A stretch of 64,000 nucleotides of DNA from Pristiophorus japonicus. Its lineage: Eukaryota. The stretch covers positions 186,001 through 250,000 of the forward strand of contig NW_027253150.1 of assembly GCF_044704955.1 (NCBI RefSeq), in the 5' to 3' direction. How positions within the stretch are numbered: position 1 is the first letter of the stretch; each line of letters begins with the position of its first letter. Below the pieces are notes generated by a model. That model was not told the origin of the DNA and searched no databases. It worked only from the letters and a program-made list of their open reading frames with translations. This document shows, one piece after another, positions 38,634 through 49,207 of this stretch. Position numbers and translations under genes: made by a program.

Positions 38634-39166
38634 TGTTTGGATCGATAATAATAGATCCAGGTTCGGGATCTGGATGAATGTTAAATAAGAGACAAGACAA
38701 ATGAAGTAAAGATAAAACACCATTTACTGAGAGAAAGGAAACATCATACAGTTTACGAAGAAAAGAGAAGTATGATAAGATGCAACAAAGCTCACAGCCT
38801 TCGGCCCGTCGGGAAATCCGCAACGACAGCTGGTCAGGAGCCTTGGGGCTCCCGGCACCGCTCGCGAATCACGGTCCAAGGTGAAATTCAAAGAGCTACT
38901 GAACAGTTCCGTTCCTTTATACTATTGAACAAACATGGGTGCATGTGGCTTATGGCCAACTCCTAATCTGTAAGGCCCCAGCTGTTCTTCCACAAAGCAT
39001 GAAGCATCGAGGCGCCTATCGTCCCATAAATAAGATGGTGTGTGCATCAAGGTCTCTCTCTCTCTCTCTCTGCATCAACAACATTCCACGAGGCATGAAG
39101 CAGAATACACACTATAAGTGTCGGAATATCATAATTAACCCTATGTGATTAACCCTATACAATACA
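38634..39166 (-). repeat. ERV 3' LTR
   Basis: TG...CA termini; direct repeat of 44485-45018; preceded on the minus strand by purine-rich aagggtgga. Confidence 0.93.
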
Positions 39167-39224
39167 ATCCACCCTTGAAATTTAGACATTCTAAGTATTA
39201 TAATCGAGTTGAAGGCGTAATGCA

Positions 39225-39742
39225 TCAGTTACATGTTGTGTATGCGCAAGCAACGCCCGCAATCTACACCAAAGAATACATACAAGCAGTAATATCAGTA
39301 AAAACGGGACGAGTAAAACAACGATAGGATGTATTAACAGCTTCAAAGTGGCGGATGTTTTTGGGGACCATCCTTAAAAGATGTCCCACCAATGGTGTAC
39401 TGTAAGGTCAGTGATCGTTGTCGCAACTCTGACCAAGGTGCCTTCACTGTAACTCATAGCAACTTGCAGAGTATGAAGAGTACGCCCTCGTTTGCTCAAT
39501 TCGTCAGTAACCTTTATGATTATCTTTTAGAAATTGAGCTTAACGAGTTAGGTCTACAATGGGAGGAAGGTTAGTAATTGTCTTGCGTACGATCAGTGTT
39601 AGCCTAACCGTCACCCTATATGGCCATCTGATGCTGGGTTTGAGGATGGAAGTAGCACAGTCACAGATAACGAGACACAGATGCTGGCCAGCACGAGTTG
39701 GCAGGTCGCCATTTTGGGCAGAATTCCTGTGGGAGGAAGCAT
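39225..39742 (-). pseudogene. env: Internally deleted env remnant
   Basis: Signal-like MATCQLVLASICVSLSVTVLL close to C-terminal HHWWDIF*GWSPKTSATLKLLIHPIVVLLVPFLLILLLVCILWCR. Confidence 0.75.
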
Positions 39743-39759
39743 AATTATATTAATTCAGC

Positions 39760-42700
39760 CCCGTTTAGTCAATTTACCCTTGTCAACAGAGAGAGGAATG
39801 TATTGACCGGTCAGGAGCACCCAATAAGTGTTTCCTTCTCCTTTCGCTAAGATTTCCCCTGCTTGTAAGCGTTTCTGGAGGTACTGCACCCACACTTTTC
39901 CTCCTTCACAAACTGTGTCCTGAGTCTGATTTCCTTTTTCAATAGTAGGGACACTAACTTTGCCTAACATGTGGCTTATGGAGTTCCCCCCACAATGGTC
40001 GGTGATTCAGATTGCGCACTGCTTGTGGGAAGACCTTTAACCATCCTTGCAATGTGTTAGTGGTAGTTAATATTTTAATCTGTTGCTTAAGTAATCCATT
40101 CATGCGTTCTATTAACCCTGCAGCTTGCGGATAGTAAGGTATGTGAAACATCCAATAGATCTCGTTGTCTACCGCCCACTGTTGCACTGTTTGACCTGTG
40201 AAGTGCGACCCATTATCGGATTGTACTTCTGCTGGCTCACCGTAGTATGTGATTAAATTCTCCAGTCCTTTAATCATACTTTGTTGATTCGCTTTAGACA
40301 CTGGTTAAGCGATCAGAAATGTAGAATAGGTATCAACAACAGTGAGCAAATATTGGAACCGTTGTTGCAATGGTAAAGGTCCTACATAATCAACTTGCCA
40401 TGTTTCTGCTGGTTGAGTCCCTCTCTTAATATGGCACCGGGTTGTCGTTGTAGGGGGAAATGCTTCACCTTTTGACACATTTCACAGGTGTTTATGATCT
40501 GTTTAACACCGTCCGTAGTCAAATGTAACCCCCCCATTTCGTGCCCACTGTATCGTACCCTGAATGCCCAAATGTCTAGATTTGTAGTGGGCCCACTTGC
40601 CTGTGCCATATTCTTCCTCTTCCGCCTGTTTGATAGCCCGTACCCGGGCTATATTATCAACGGTGTTATTATATTCAGAGGTCTTTGAAGTGTTTTTCAT
40701 GTGAGTGTCCACATGATATACAGTTATTTTCATCTCCTGGGCTTTGGACCATATTTGTTCCCATAGGTACTTTCCCTACAAGTCTTTCCCCGTTATTTGC
40801 CAGTTATGTTCATGCCAGTTTCGCATTCAGCCCGCCATGCCATTGGCTACTGCCCCTGAGTCAGTATATATGTGTACGTGTTGCCGTTTCTCTTCTAACG
40901 CAAGGACTACAGCTGCTAGTTCGGCTTGCTGGCTGGAGCCTCCCACGCCCTCATCATGCACAATTGTCTGGGTTTTTGTATTGAAGGCAGTGGCTCGCCA
41001 TCACCGAAGGCCATTTCGCCAGACCGCTGAGCCACCTGTGAACCAGGCATGGCTACGTTCTTCGGGTGTTAACTGTTCAAAAGGCACGCCCCAGGGGATC
41101 GGTGACTCTTTGCTTAAACTGACAGACGACTGCGTAAGTTCACTCTCAGCTGTTTGTGGGTATCCAGCCACATGCTCATGTAGTCGGGTGATTACTTCTT
41201 TCCCTTTACTTGCTCTGTCTGCGATATACCATTTCCAGCGCACTATGGAGCTTTGCTGCGCTCGCCCGATCTTGTGTGTCCCATTTTCTGAGAGAACCCA
41301 CGATAAAATGGGTAGGTCTGGTCTTAAATTGACTTTGTCGTCCCCTGTCTGTCCTTCTGTTTTTGTAATGGCCCAATAACATGCTAATAATTTTTTCTCA
41401 AATGGAGTGTAACGAGCAGCAGCATCTGTCAATTTTCTAGACCAGAACCCTAACGGTATACGAGTGCCATGTTGAACCTGCCACAAACATCATACTGCAG
41501 TATCATTGGTAACGGATACCTGTAACTCAAAAGGCTGTCCAGGCACTCATGGGGCTAGGGGTAAAGCTTGAGCTACGGCTTCTTTGGCTGCATCAAAAGC
41601 CACCTGTTGTTCCTTTCCCCACTCGAAGTGGGCCTTTTTTCGTGTTACGGCATACAACGGTTTTAAAAGCATCGTGAGGTGAGGTATATGTCTCCTCCAG
41701 TAACCCAATAGTCCCACGAACCATTGTGCCTCAGCTTTATTCGTGGAGGTGGCCATTTCTTGAATTTTATTCTTCACAGGCTCGGGTATGATGCGCTCAC
41801 CCCGAGACCATTGGATCCCCAGAAACTGGACAATCTGGCTAGGGCCCTGCACCTTCTTCGGATTTATCTCCCAGCCCATATCTCACATGTGTTGGACTAA
41901 AGTAGCTAGGGCTTCTGACACCACAGCCTCGGTGGGATTTCTTATTAGTACATCATCGATGTAGTGTGCCAGTGAGACATTAGGAGCCAACGTGCACAAC
42001 CAGGTCCCGGGCCACCAATCCGTGGCATAGGGTACGGCTATGTAGGTAACCTTGAGGTAGGCTTTTAAACGTGTATTGCCTCCCTTCACAAGTGAATGCA
42101 AACTGGTCCTGGGATTCTTCCGCTATTGGAATGGAGAAAAAGGCATTGGCCAGGTCGATTACCGCATACCACTCCGCACTTTCTTGAGACAGCCGCTCTG
42201 TTATAGTTACTACATCTGGGACAGCGGTTGCCAGGGGAGGGGCACATTTGTTCAGTTGTCGGTAATCCACAGTCATCCTCCAACTTTTGTTGGGTTTCTG
42301 CACACGCCAAACAGGGCTATTGCAGGGGGACACCACATGTCTAATGATTCCCGCCTCCAAGAGCCCTTGTATGGTTTCCTCTATTTCTTTGTGTCCCCCA
42401 GGTATTTGGTACTGTTTCATTGTCACTATACGCAATGGCTGTGGTATTACCACTTGTTCCCACTTTGCTTCCCCTGCAATCTCAGTGTTCGCCCGTATCC
42501 CGAATGAAAATTGCCTGAACGAGGTGTTGTGTGTGGTTCCCTTTAAAAGGTCCATCCCAATAATATGTTCCTTTACTGCCGATATTAATACCGTTACCCA
42601 GCGCAGAGACCAATTTCCCACCGCCATTCTGATAGTTGTTTGGACAGCGGGCGTTTCTGCCCCACGAAACCATTAATCATCATACAGGTCCCTGTGTGTT

Positions 42701-42830
42701 TCCTAGGATTTCCATGGATAATAGTAACTTCTGCCCCTGTGTCTAGTAAAGCAACATCTCTTTGTATGTTCCCCCCCGTCCCGCCAATGTATCATAATTG
42801 GAATGTGTGGCCTCAGATCCCCGGGAACTT
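39760..42830 (-). pseudogene. pol: ERV pro-pol, frameshifted
   Basis: Protease, RT, tether, RNase H and integrase motifs spread over several ORF fragments. Confidence 0.9.
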
Positions 42831-42849
42831 GGGTTGACGTGGTTCTAAC

Positions 42850-44454
42850 AGGGAGTACTCCCGGATCCCAGTCACAACCCAGTCGAGGGGATTACTAGCC
42901 TTCCACAGCTCTTCTACGCTGGGGTATAGACTAGTGGGAGGTGGTTTCTCCGCATCCACAGATTATCGCTATCCGACTTAGTCGCCCTTACCTCCCTCCT
43001 TTTAACCTTCCCTGTGCACGGGACGCAGTGTTGCTTCCATATAGAATACATCGCTCCTGTTGGGATTCCATAAATTTTTTCCTTGGGGACCCCTGCTTTC
43101 AGTAAAGCCGCGTACATGTCCCTCCGCACAATTCTTTTTTTTTGTCTTTCCTGAACTTATATCGTTCCCAGAGGTCGAACCTTGTCGCTGGTCCCGATTC
43201 CCCTCTACATTAGCCGTTCTCGACTCTCGCACACTATCTTCGACATCCTCTAACTGTCCTAACAATAGGAAAGCGTCCCCCACCCGCTTCTCTTGGGCTG
43301 GTCCCAATAATGCACGTAGCGCATCCCTCTTCATCAGCCTGCTCCGTATTCCTGCCGTAAAGAGCTCCTGATCTGGCCCCCCATATTGTTGGTGATATAT
43401 TCTTCCCTGTGTTGCCATCTTGCACAATTGTATCACACCCTCCAGCACAGTACTCCAAGGTTTTACCTTCCCTTCCCAATCAATGGCGGAGGGATATTTT
43501 TTCTGGACCCCTATAGTAACCATGTCCCATAGCGAACTTGTGCCCTGGACATTCCGTAGAATTGCTGTGATATGGTGGTCCGTAATCATAGTCCTCATTT
43601 TTGTTAATTCTTCAGGGTTAAATATTACGCCTGATGCTCCCTGATCCCAAATCCGGGTTAGCCATTCTGACAATGATTCCCGGGTTTTTAGCGAAATCGA
43701 GACCCTATTTCTTGTAACTCACTAGTGGTGAAGTCACGCACCCCTCTAGTGGTTACCGGCTGTTCCCCATCTTGCTGTTTCGCCTTATTTATCATAAGGG
43801 TTTAGCTTTCGTGCTCGGATCATATGGGGGAGGGTTTTTAGTTTCCTCCCGTTCCCCCCCCTCTCCATCTGACCATTCATATTCTGAGTCAGAGGATTAC
43901 CAGATGTCTCCTTCCCAATGAGCCGGATCCCAAGTGGGTCCAGCTACCAATGCACGTACCTTTGACCGATCTATCTGTAATTTCCGTCATCTGGCTTTTT
44001 AATAATTTTGTACTTTCACCAGATGGCATATTAAAGTTTCTGATTGTTCATTGAGCTTGTCCACCCGTTATTGTGCAGTGCGGACCGCTTCAGTGAGAGT
44101 CGAGTTTTGACTTTCGAAAAACTTAACAGCTGTTTTTAACTCTAGGTTTTCTGCCTCACTTTCCTCAAGTTGTTTACACATCGTCTTTAATGCTGTCAAC
44201 AAAATCCATCCCATTTGTGAGGGATTACTTTTCTCCTGTGGGAAGCCCGCTTCCTCCAGGAGAGACAGTACCACGTGGGGTACGGGTCTATCTTTGCTCT
44301 GTTCCAATAACTGCATATCCCAATGTTGCGGGGGTGCAAACTGGGCTAGAACATTGGCAAGAGAGCCAAAACCCTCATCCCTCGTGCTCCACCCTGGTAT
44401 TATATACTTCTCTCCCGCAGGAGGAGACTGCTCCTTGTCTTTTCTCATAAACAT
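42850..44454 (-). pseudogene. gag: ERV gag, frameshifted
   Basis: ORF fragments 44068-44454, 43002-43673 (EWLTRIWDQGA) and 42914-43129 (LLKAGVPKEKI.G.PT), ERV-L-like, between PBS and protease. Confidence 0.8.
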
Positions 44455-44461
44455 TTTACCA

Positions 44462-44480
44462 GATCATGTTCATGACACCA
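44462..44480 (-). promoter_or_regulatory. Primer-binding site (TGGTGTCATGAACATGATC, possibly a CpG-decayed tRNA-Lys-like PBS)
   Basis: TGG start a few nt after the 5' LTR. Confidence 0.7.
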
Positions 44481-44484
44481 ACAT

Positions 44485-45018
44485 TTTTTGGATCGATAAT
44501 AATAGACCCAGGTTCGGGATCTGGATGGATGTTAAATAAGAGACACGACAAATGAAGTAAAGATAAAACACCGTTTACTGAGGGAAAAGAAACATAATAC
44601 AGTTTACAAAGAAAAGAGAAGTATGATAAGATGCAACAAAGCTCACAGCTTTCGGCCCATCGGGAACTCCACAACGATGGCTGGTCTGGAGCCTTGGGGG
44701 TCCCGGCACCGCTCGCGAATCACGGTCCAAGTTGAAGTTAAAAGAGCTACTGGACAGTTCCATTCCTTTATACTATTGAACAAACATGGGTGCATGTGGC
44801 TTATGGCCAACTCCTAATCAGTAAGGCCCCAGCTGTTCTTCCACAAAGCATGAGACCTCGAGGCGCCGACCGTCCCATAAACAAGATGGTGTGTGCATCA
44901 AGTTCTCTCTCTCTCTCTCTCTCTGCATCAACAACATTCCACTCGGCATGAAGCAGAAACATACTGTAAATGTCGAAATATCATAATTAACCCTATGTGA
45001 TTAACCCTACACAATACA
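44485..45018 (-). repeat. ERV 5' LTR
   Basis: Direct repeat of 38634-39166 with scattered mismatches. Confidence 0.93.
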
Positions 45019-45250
45019 GGGGCCGCACCACTTCCACACGCCGATTGGTTGGAAGACTAACCGCTCACCCAGTCCTCCAGCTCCACAACTGCTTTCCCTA
45101 TTGGTCGGGAGCTGCCATCAATCAGCCAGGCAGTGTGAGCTGAGCATGCTCAGTGGGCGAGACAGGGGGTCAGAGATGGGTGGAGGGAGGCAGCGAGTTA
45201 ATAAAGGACGCGCTTATTTGTACTGCAAAAATGGCCGCCATGTTCCAACC
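45019..45250 (+). promoter_or_regulatory. Promoter module copy 3 plus overlapping YY1-like sites (aaaatggccgccatgtt, 45227-45244)
   Basis: Homologous to 4451-4600. Confidence 0.5.
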
Positions 45251-45409
45251 ATTTTCCATGATTGGTTCCTTTGGAGGATGAGCCAAATCCTGAGGTTTCA
45301 CTCGAATGTGTAACTGAAAACACCCATCCCAACGTATCATTGACTTGCAAATTGTAACTTGATCCACTTTGATTTCCTGAAACAACAGAGGCAGAGCTCC
45401 CAGAAGACA

Positions 45410-46242
45410 GCGACTGCCAGCCAAAGTGCCTTGCCCCAATCCCAGTGCACCCCTCCCCAGCCGAAGTGCCTTACTCCAGTCGCAGTTCAGGCCTCCCCCA
45501 GCCGAAGTGCCTTACCCCAGTCCCAGTGCATGCCTCCCCCATCTGAAGTGCCTTACCGCAGTCCCAGTGCCCGCCTCCCCCAGCCGAAGTGCCTTACCCC
45601 AGTCCCAGTATATGCCTCCCCTAGGCGAAGTGCCTTACCTCAGTATATGCCTCCCCCAGCCAAAGTGCCTTACCCCAGTCGCGGTGGAAGTCTCCTCCAG
45701 CCGAAGTGCCTTACCACAGTCCCAGTGCATTCTGTCCCCAGCCGAAGTGCCTTACACCAGTCCCAGTGCATGCCTCCCCCAGCCGAAGTGCCCTACCCCA
45801 GTCCCAGTATATGCATCCCCCCGCCAAAGTGCCTTACTTCAGTCCAGTGCATGCCCCCACCCCAGCTAAATTGCCTTCCCCTTTCCCAATGCATGCCTCC
45901 CACAGCCCAAGTGCCTTACCCTAGTCCCAGGGCACGCCTCCCCCAGCTGAAGTGCCTTACCACAGATCGAGCGTATGCCCCCCCAGCTGAAGTGTCTTAC
46001 CCCAGTCCAAGTGCATGCCTCCCCCAGCCGATGTGCCTTACCGCAGTCCCAGTGCCCGCCTCTCCCAGCCGAAGTGCCTTACCCCAGTCCCAGTGCATGC
46101 CTCCCCATCTGAAATGCCTTACCCCAGTCCCAGTGTATGCATCGCGCAGCCGAAGTGCCTTACCCCAATCCCAGTGCATGCCTCCCCCATTCGAAGTGCC
46201 TTACCCCAGTCCCAGTGTATGCCTCCCCCAGCCGAAGTGCCA
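45410..46242. repeat. About 41-bp minisatellite (cccagccgaagtgccttaccccagtcccagtgcatgcctc)
   Basis: About 20 degenerate tandem copies; source of the 475-aa ORF. Confidence 0.93.
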
Positions 46243-46279
46243 GTTTTATTTCACTGCACCACATGCATGGAATGATTCG

Positions 46280-46650
46280 GGCCCGGATGGGGCGGGGCTT
46301 GTCGCCTGTCAGTCACAAAGTGCAGAACAAATAGTTCCCTGCGTTAATAAACCCAGGGCGGGACACACAGCAAGAGTGCGGGCCCAGGCCCGAGAGACAA
46401 AAATCCGCACCATCATCTTCACATACACCCGGGCTCGTCACCAAGAACCGAAGCACAGGCCGGTTCCAGGCCCAGTCAGTGAGCGCCCGGGGGAGCGGGC
46501 ACAGCGGCCGCCATCTTGGTCAGGTTGGGGGAGAGGGCTCAGTGGTCGCCATCTTGGTTCGGCTGGGTCTCGGGGCGCATGCGCGGCCCTTTGGGCAGGG
46601 ATAATGGATGGGCGGGGCTTCAGCATGTCTGTCAGTTTGATTGGACACAT
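46280..46650 (-). promoter_or_regulatory. CpG-island promoter (YY1 x2, NRF1, Sp/GC boxes, CCAAT)
   Basis: (C/T)CGCCATCTT at 46508 and 46546; GCGCATGCGC at 46575; GGGCGGGGC near 46289 and 46610; ATTGG at 46640. Confidence 0.7.
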
Positions 46651-46705
46651 GTTTGTGACCAGGTCAGTAGCCCCTGACAGGGAGCCTTGTTGTGCTGATT
46701 GTTGT

Positions 46706-47432
46706 CTCACCCTAATGGGCCAGCCCGGGCTCACACTATTGGGCAGGCCCGTCTCACCCTATTGGGCCAGCACGGGTTCACCCTAATGGGCCAGCCTGGG
46801 CTCACCCTATTGTGCCAGCACTGGCTCACCCTATTGGGCCAGCCAGGGCTCACACTATTGGGCAGGCCCGTCTCACCCTATTGGGCCAGCATGGGTTCAC
46901 CCTATTGGGCCAGCCTGGGCTCATCCTGTTGAGCCAGCCTGGGCTCGACATATTGAGCCAGCCCGGGCTCGCCCAATTGTACCAACCCGGTTCACTCTAT
47001 TGGGCCAGCATGGGTTCACCCTATTGGGCCAGCATGTGCTCAACCTATTGGGCCAGCCCGGGCTCACCCTATTCGGCCAGCTCGGGCTCACCCTATTGGG
47101 CCAGCCAGGGCTCACACTATTGGGCAGGCCCGTCTCACCCTATTGGGCCAGCACGGGTTCACCCTATTGGGCCAGCCTGGGCTCACCCTGTTGAGCCAGC
47201 CTGGGCTCGACATATTGAGCCATGCCGGGCTCGCACAATTGGACCAACCCGGTTCACTCTATTGGGCCAGCATGGGTTCACCCTATTGGGCCAGCATGTG
47301 CTCACCCTATTGGGCCAGCCCGGGCTCACCCTGTTCGGCCAGCTCGGGCTCACCCTATTGGGCAAGCCTGGCTCATTCTATTGGGCCAGCACAGGCTCAC
47401 CCTATTGCGCCAGCACAGGCTCACCCTCTTGG
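46706..47432. repeat. 24-bp minisatellite ctcaccctattgggccagcccggg (CCAAT-box array)
   Basis: About 30 tandem units with higher-order blocks. Confidence 0.95.
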
Positions 47433-47994
47433 GGGCCATTCTCCGGTGTTGTGCTACCTTGAGCGTTTGTATCAGATTTCTAACCCGTAATGTACCTGCC
47501 CTGGGAGAGTTTGATGGGACAGTGAAAGGTAGACTTACTCTGCCGTGTACTGAACTGTGACAATCTGTGACGGAACGGAGTGCTGTTTTTTAATAGAACC
47601 TGCCATGTGACTGTGACAGACCATAATATTAGAGGAGACTGCATGGTGCACCTGGTCGTTGTGCCGTAATTCCGCCTCTGGAACCGGATACAACAAGGCA
47701 GTGGTAGAGGTGTCTTTAATCCGATGGGACACTGGGTGGTCCCGTGGGTCCTTCACCAACGGGACTTGGGTTCAATCACAACCCAGACAGGACGGGTGAA
47801 ATATACCTGTCAGGCAAATAAAACACAGTGTGACAGGAAAAATGGAGCGGTGTACAGGAGCCATGGAGAAAATCCAAGTTACTTCAATTTGTCATTCCAG
47901 ATTTATTAACAATTTCACGGAAAACAATTTACAGGGAAGTGTAAAAACGTGAACACAAAGTGAATATAACTGAGCAATACATTGAGAACCGAAC

Positions 47995-48380
47995 ACAGGC
48001 GGATTGGGCCTATAGTCTCTGGAATTTAAAATAATGAGAGGTGATCTGATTGAAACATAAGATTCTGAGGGCGCTTGACAAGTTAAATGCAGAAGGTTTG
48101 TTTACCCCGCCATTTAAGACGGAGATGAGGAGGAATTTCTTCACTTAGAGGGTTGTGAATGTTTGGAATTCCCTGCCACAGACGGCTGTGGATGCTGAGT
48201 CTCTAAATATATTCAAGACTCAAATAGTTAGATTTTTGGAACCTAGGAGAAGCAAGGGATATGCTATCAGGCGGGAAAGTGGAGTTGAGGTCGATGTTCA
48301 GCCCTGATCTTATTGAATGGCGGAGCAGACTCGAGGGGCCGTAGGGCCTACTCCTGCTCCTATTTCTTATGTTCTTATGT
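47995..48380 (+). mobile_element. CR1 3' fragment
   Basis: MRGDLIET, RVVNVWNSLP; tttcttatgttcttatg tail. Confidence 0.88.
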
Positions 48381-48484
48381 CGGAGCTGCCGCTATCTGCA
48401 CAGTTGTGACAGACATCAGAGCGAGTGAACAGGGGCTCAGCATAAAGGGAAGGGAACACTTGTGAATAAGAATGAGAAAAGTTA

Positions 48485-48671
48485 TTTATTTACACATGAA
48501 ATGTACAAGGCACGGTGAAACTCTGAGATGCAGTTACATTACAGCCACAATTATCGAACACATTTCAAACAGAAAGACGGAAATCCCAGTTATATATTTC
48601 TCAGCGACTGATTCGGATCTAGTAACTGAAGGTAGTTTACTCTGAGAATCACCAAGAGAACATATTTTATT
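48485..48671 (-). terminator. Candidate poly(A) signals for membrane IgM mRNA (AATAAA at 48671-48666 and 48490-48485)
   Basis: tttatt on the plus strand, downstream of TM2. Confidence 0.6.
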
Positions 48672-48732
48672 TTTAGTGACACAGGGATGATAAACAGATG
48701 AGGAACATCCACGGCGGCCGAAATTCAGACCA

Positions 48733-48741
48733 TCATTTGAG
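48733..48741 (-). CDS. IGHM: IgM TM2 exon (LK*)
   Basis: cttttacag|CTC AAA TGA, 140 nt after the phase-0 TM1 donor. Confidence 0.8.
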   Translation of the reverse strand, partial: LK

Positions 48742-48881
48742 CTGTAAAAGATGGATAAAAGAATGAAGCGGAGGTTTAGTGGTCTGGGGCATTTATCTCA
48801 GGGTTTATATTAATGAAACATCCAGAGATTTGTCAAACGGCTTCAGTCAGATGGAAGTGTGAGCGGATTGAATCTTCCCAC

Positions 48882-49009
48882 CTTCACCAGAGTGACGGCA
48901 GCGCTGTAGGAAATGCTCAGGAAGAACAGGATGATGAATGTGGAAGCTGTTGTCCAGATGTTGCCGCTCTCGTCCTCATAGTCTTCATTCCAGATGTGGT
49001 CTGAGGAAT
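48882..49009 (-). CDS. IGHM: IgM TM1 exon
   Basis: (D)SSDHIWNEDYEDESGNIWTTASTFIILFFLSISYSAAVTLVK, with the conserved antigen-receptor TM motif; ag/gt bounded; phase 1 start. Confidence 0.95.
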
Positions 49010-49207
49010 CTACGGGGATGTAGGGGAGGAAATATATTCAGATCGTTTATTAATCCCGGGTATCATACTATTATTTTATATTCTCTTTTTTTCACCTTAA
49101 AGTATTAGTTTGATCTTTAATTGGACTTTCAGTGTATATTTTGTGTTATGTTAATCACTCTCAGCAATCTCTCACTGTTCCTCACTCCACTGCCGCTCTT
49201 CCATTAT

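Larger units (their letters stand above)
38634..45018 (-). mobile_element. Class III (ERV-L/ERV-S-like) endogenous retrovirus, defective
   Basis: Two LTRs; PBS; gag; LLDTGAEVT protease; SPCNSPVW..WRMTVDYRQLN and YIDD RT; SDNGSHFT and FHIPYYPQAAGLIERMNGLLK integrase; short env remnant. Confidence 0.92.

Noticed and set aside
45359-47560. 475-aa and other repetitive ORFs
   Set aside because: Derived from the 41-bp and 24-bp minisatellites
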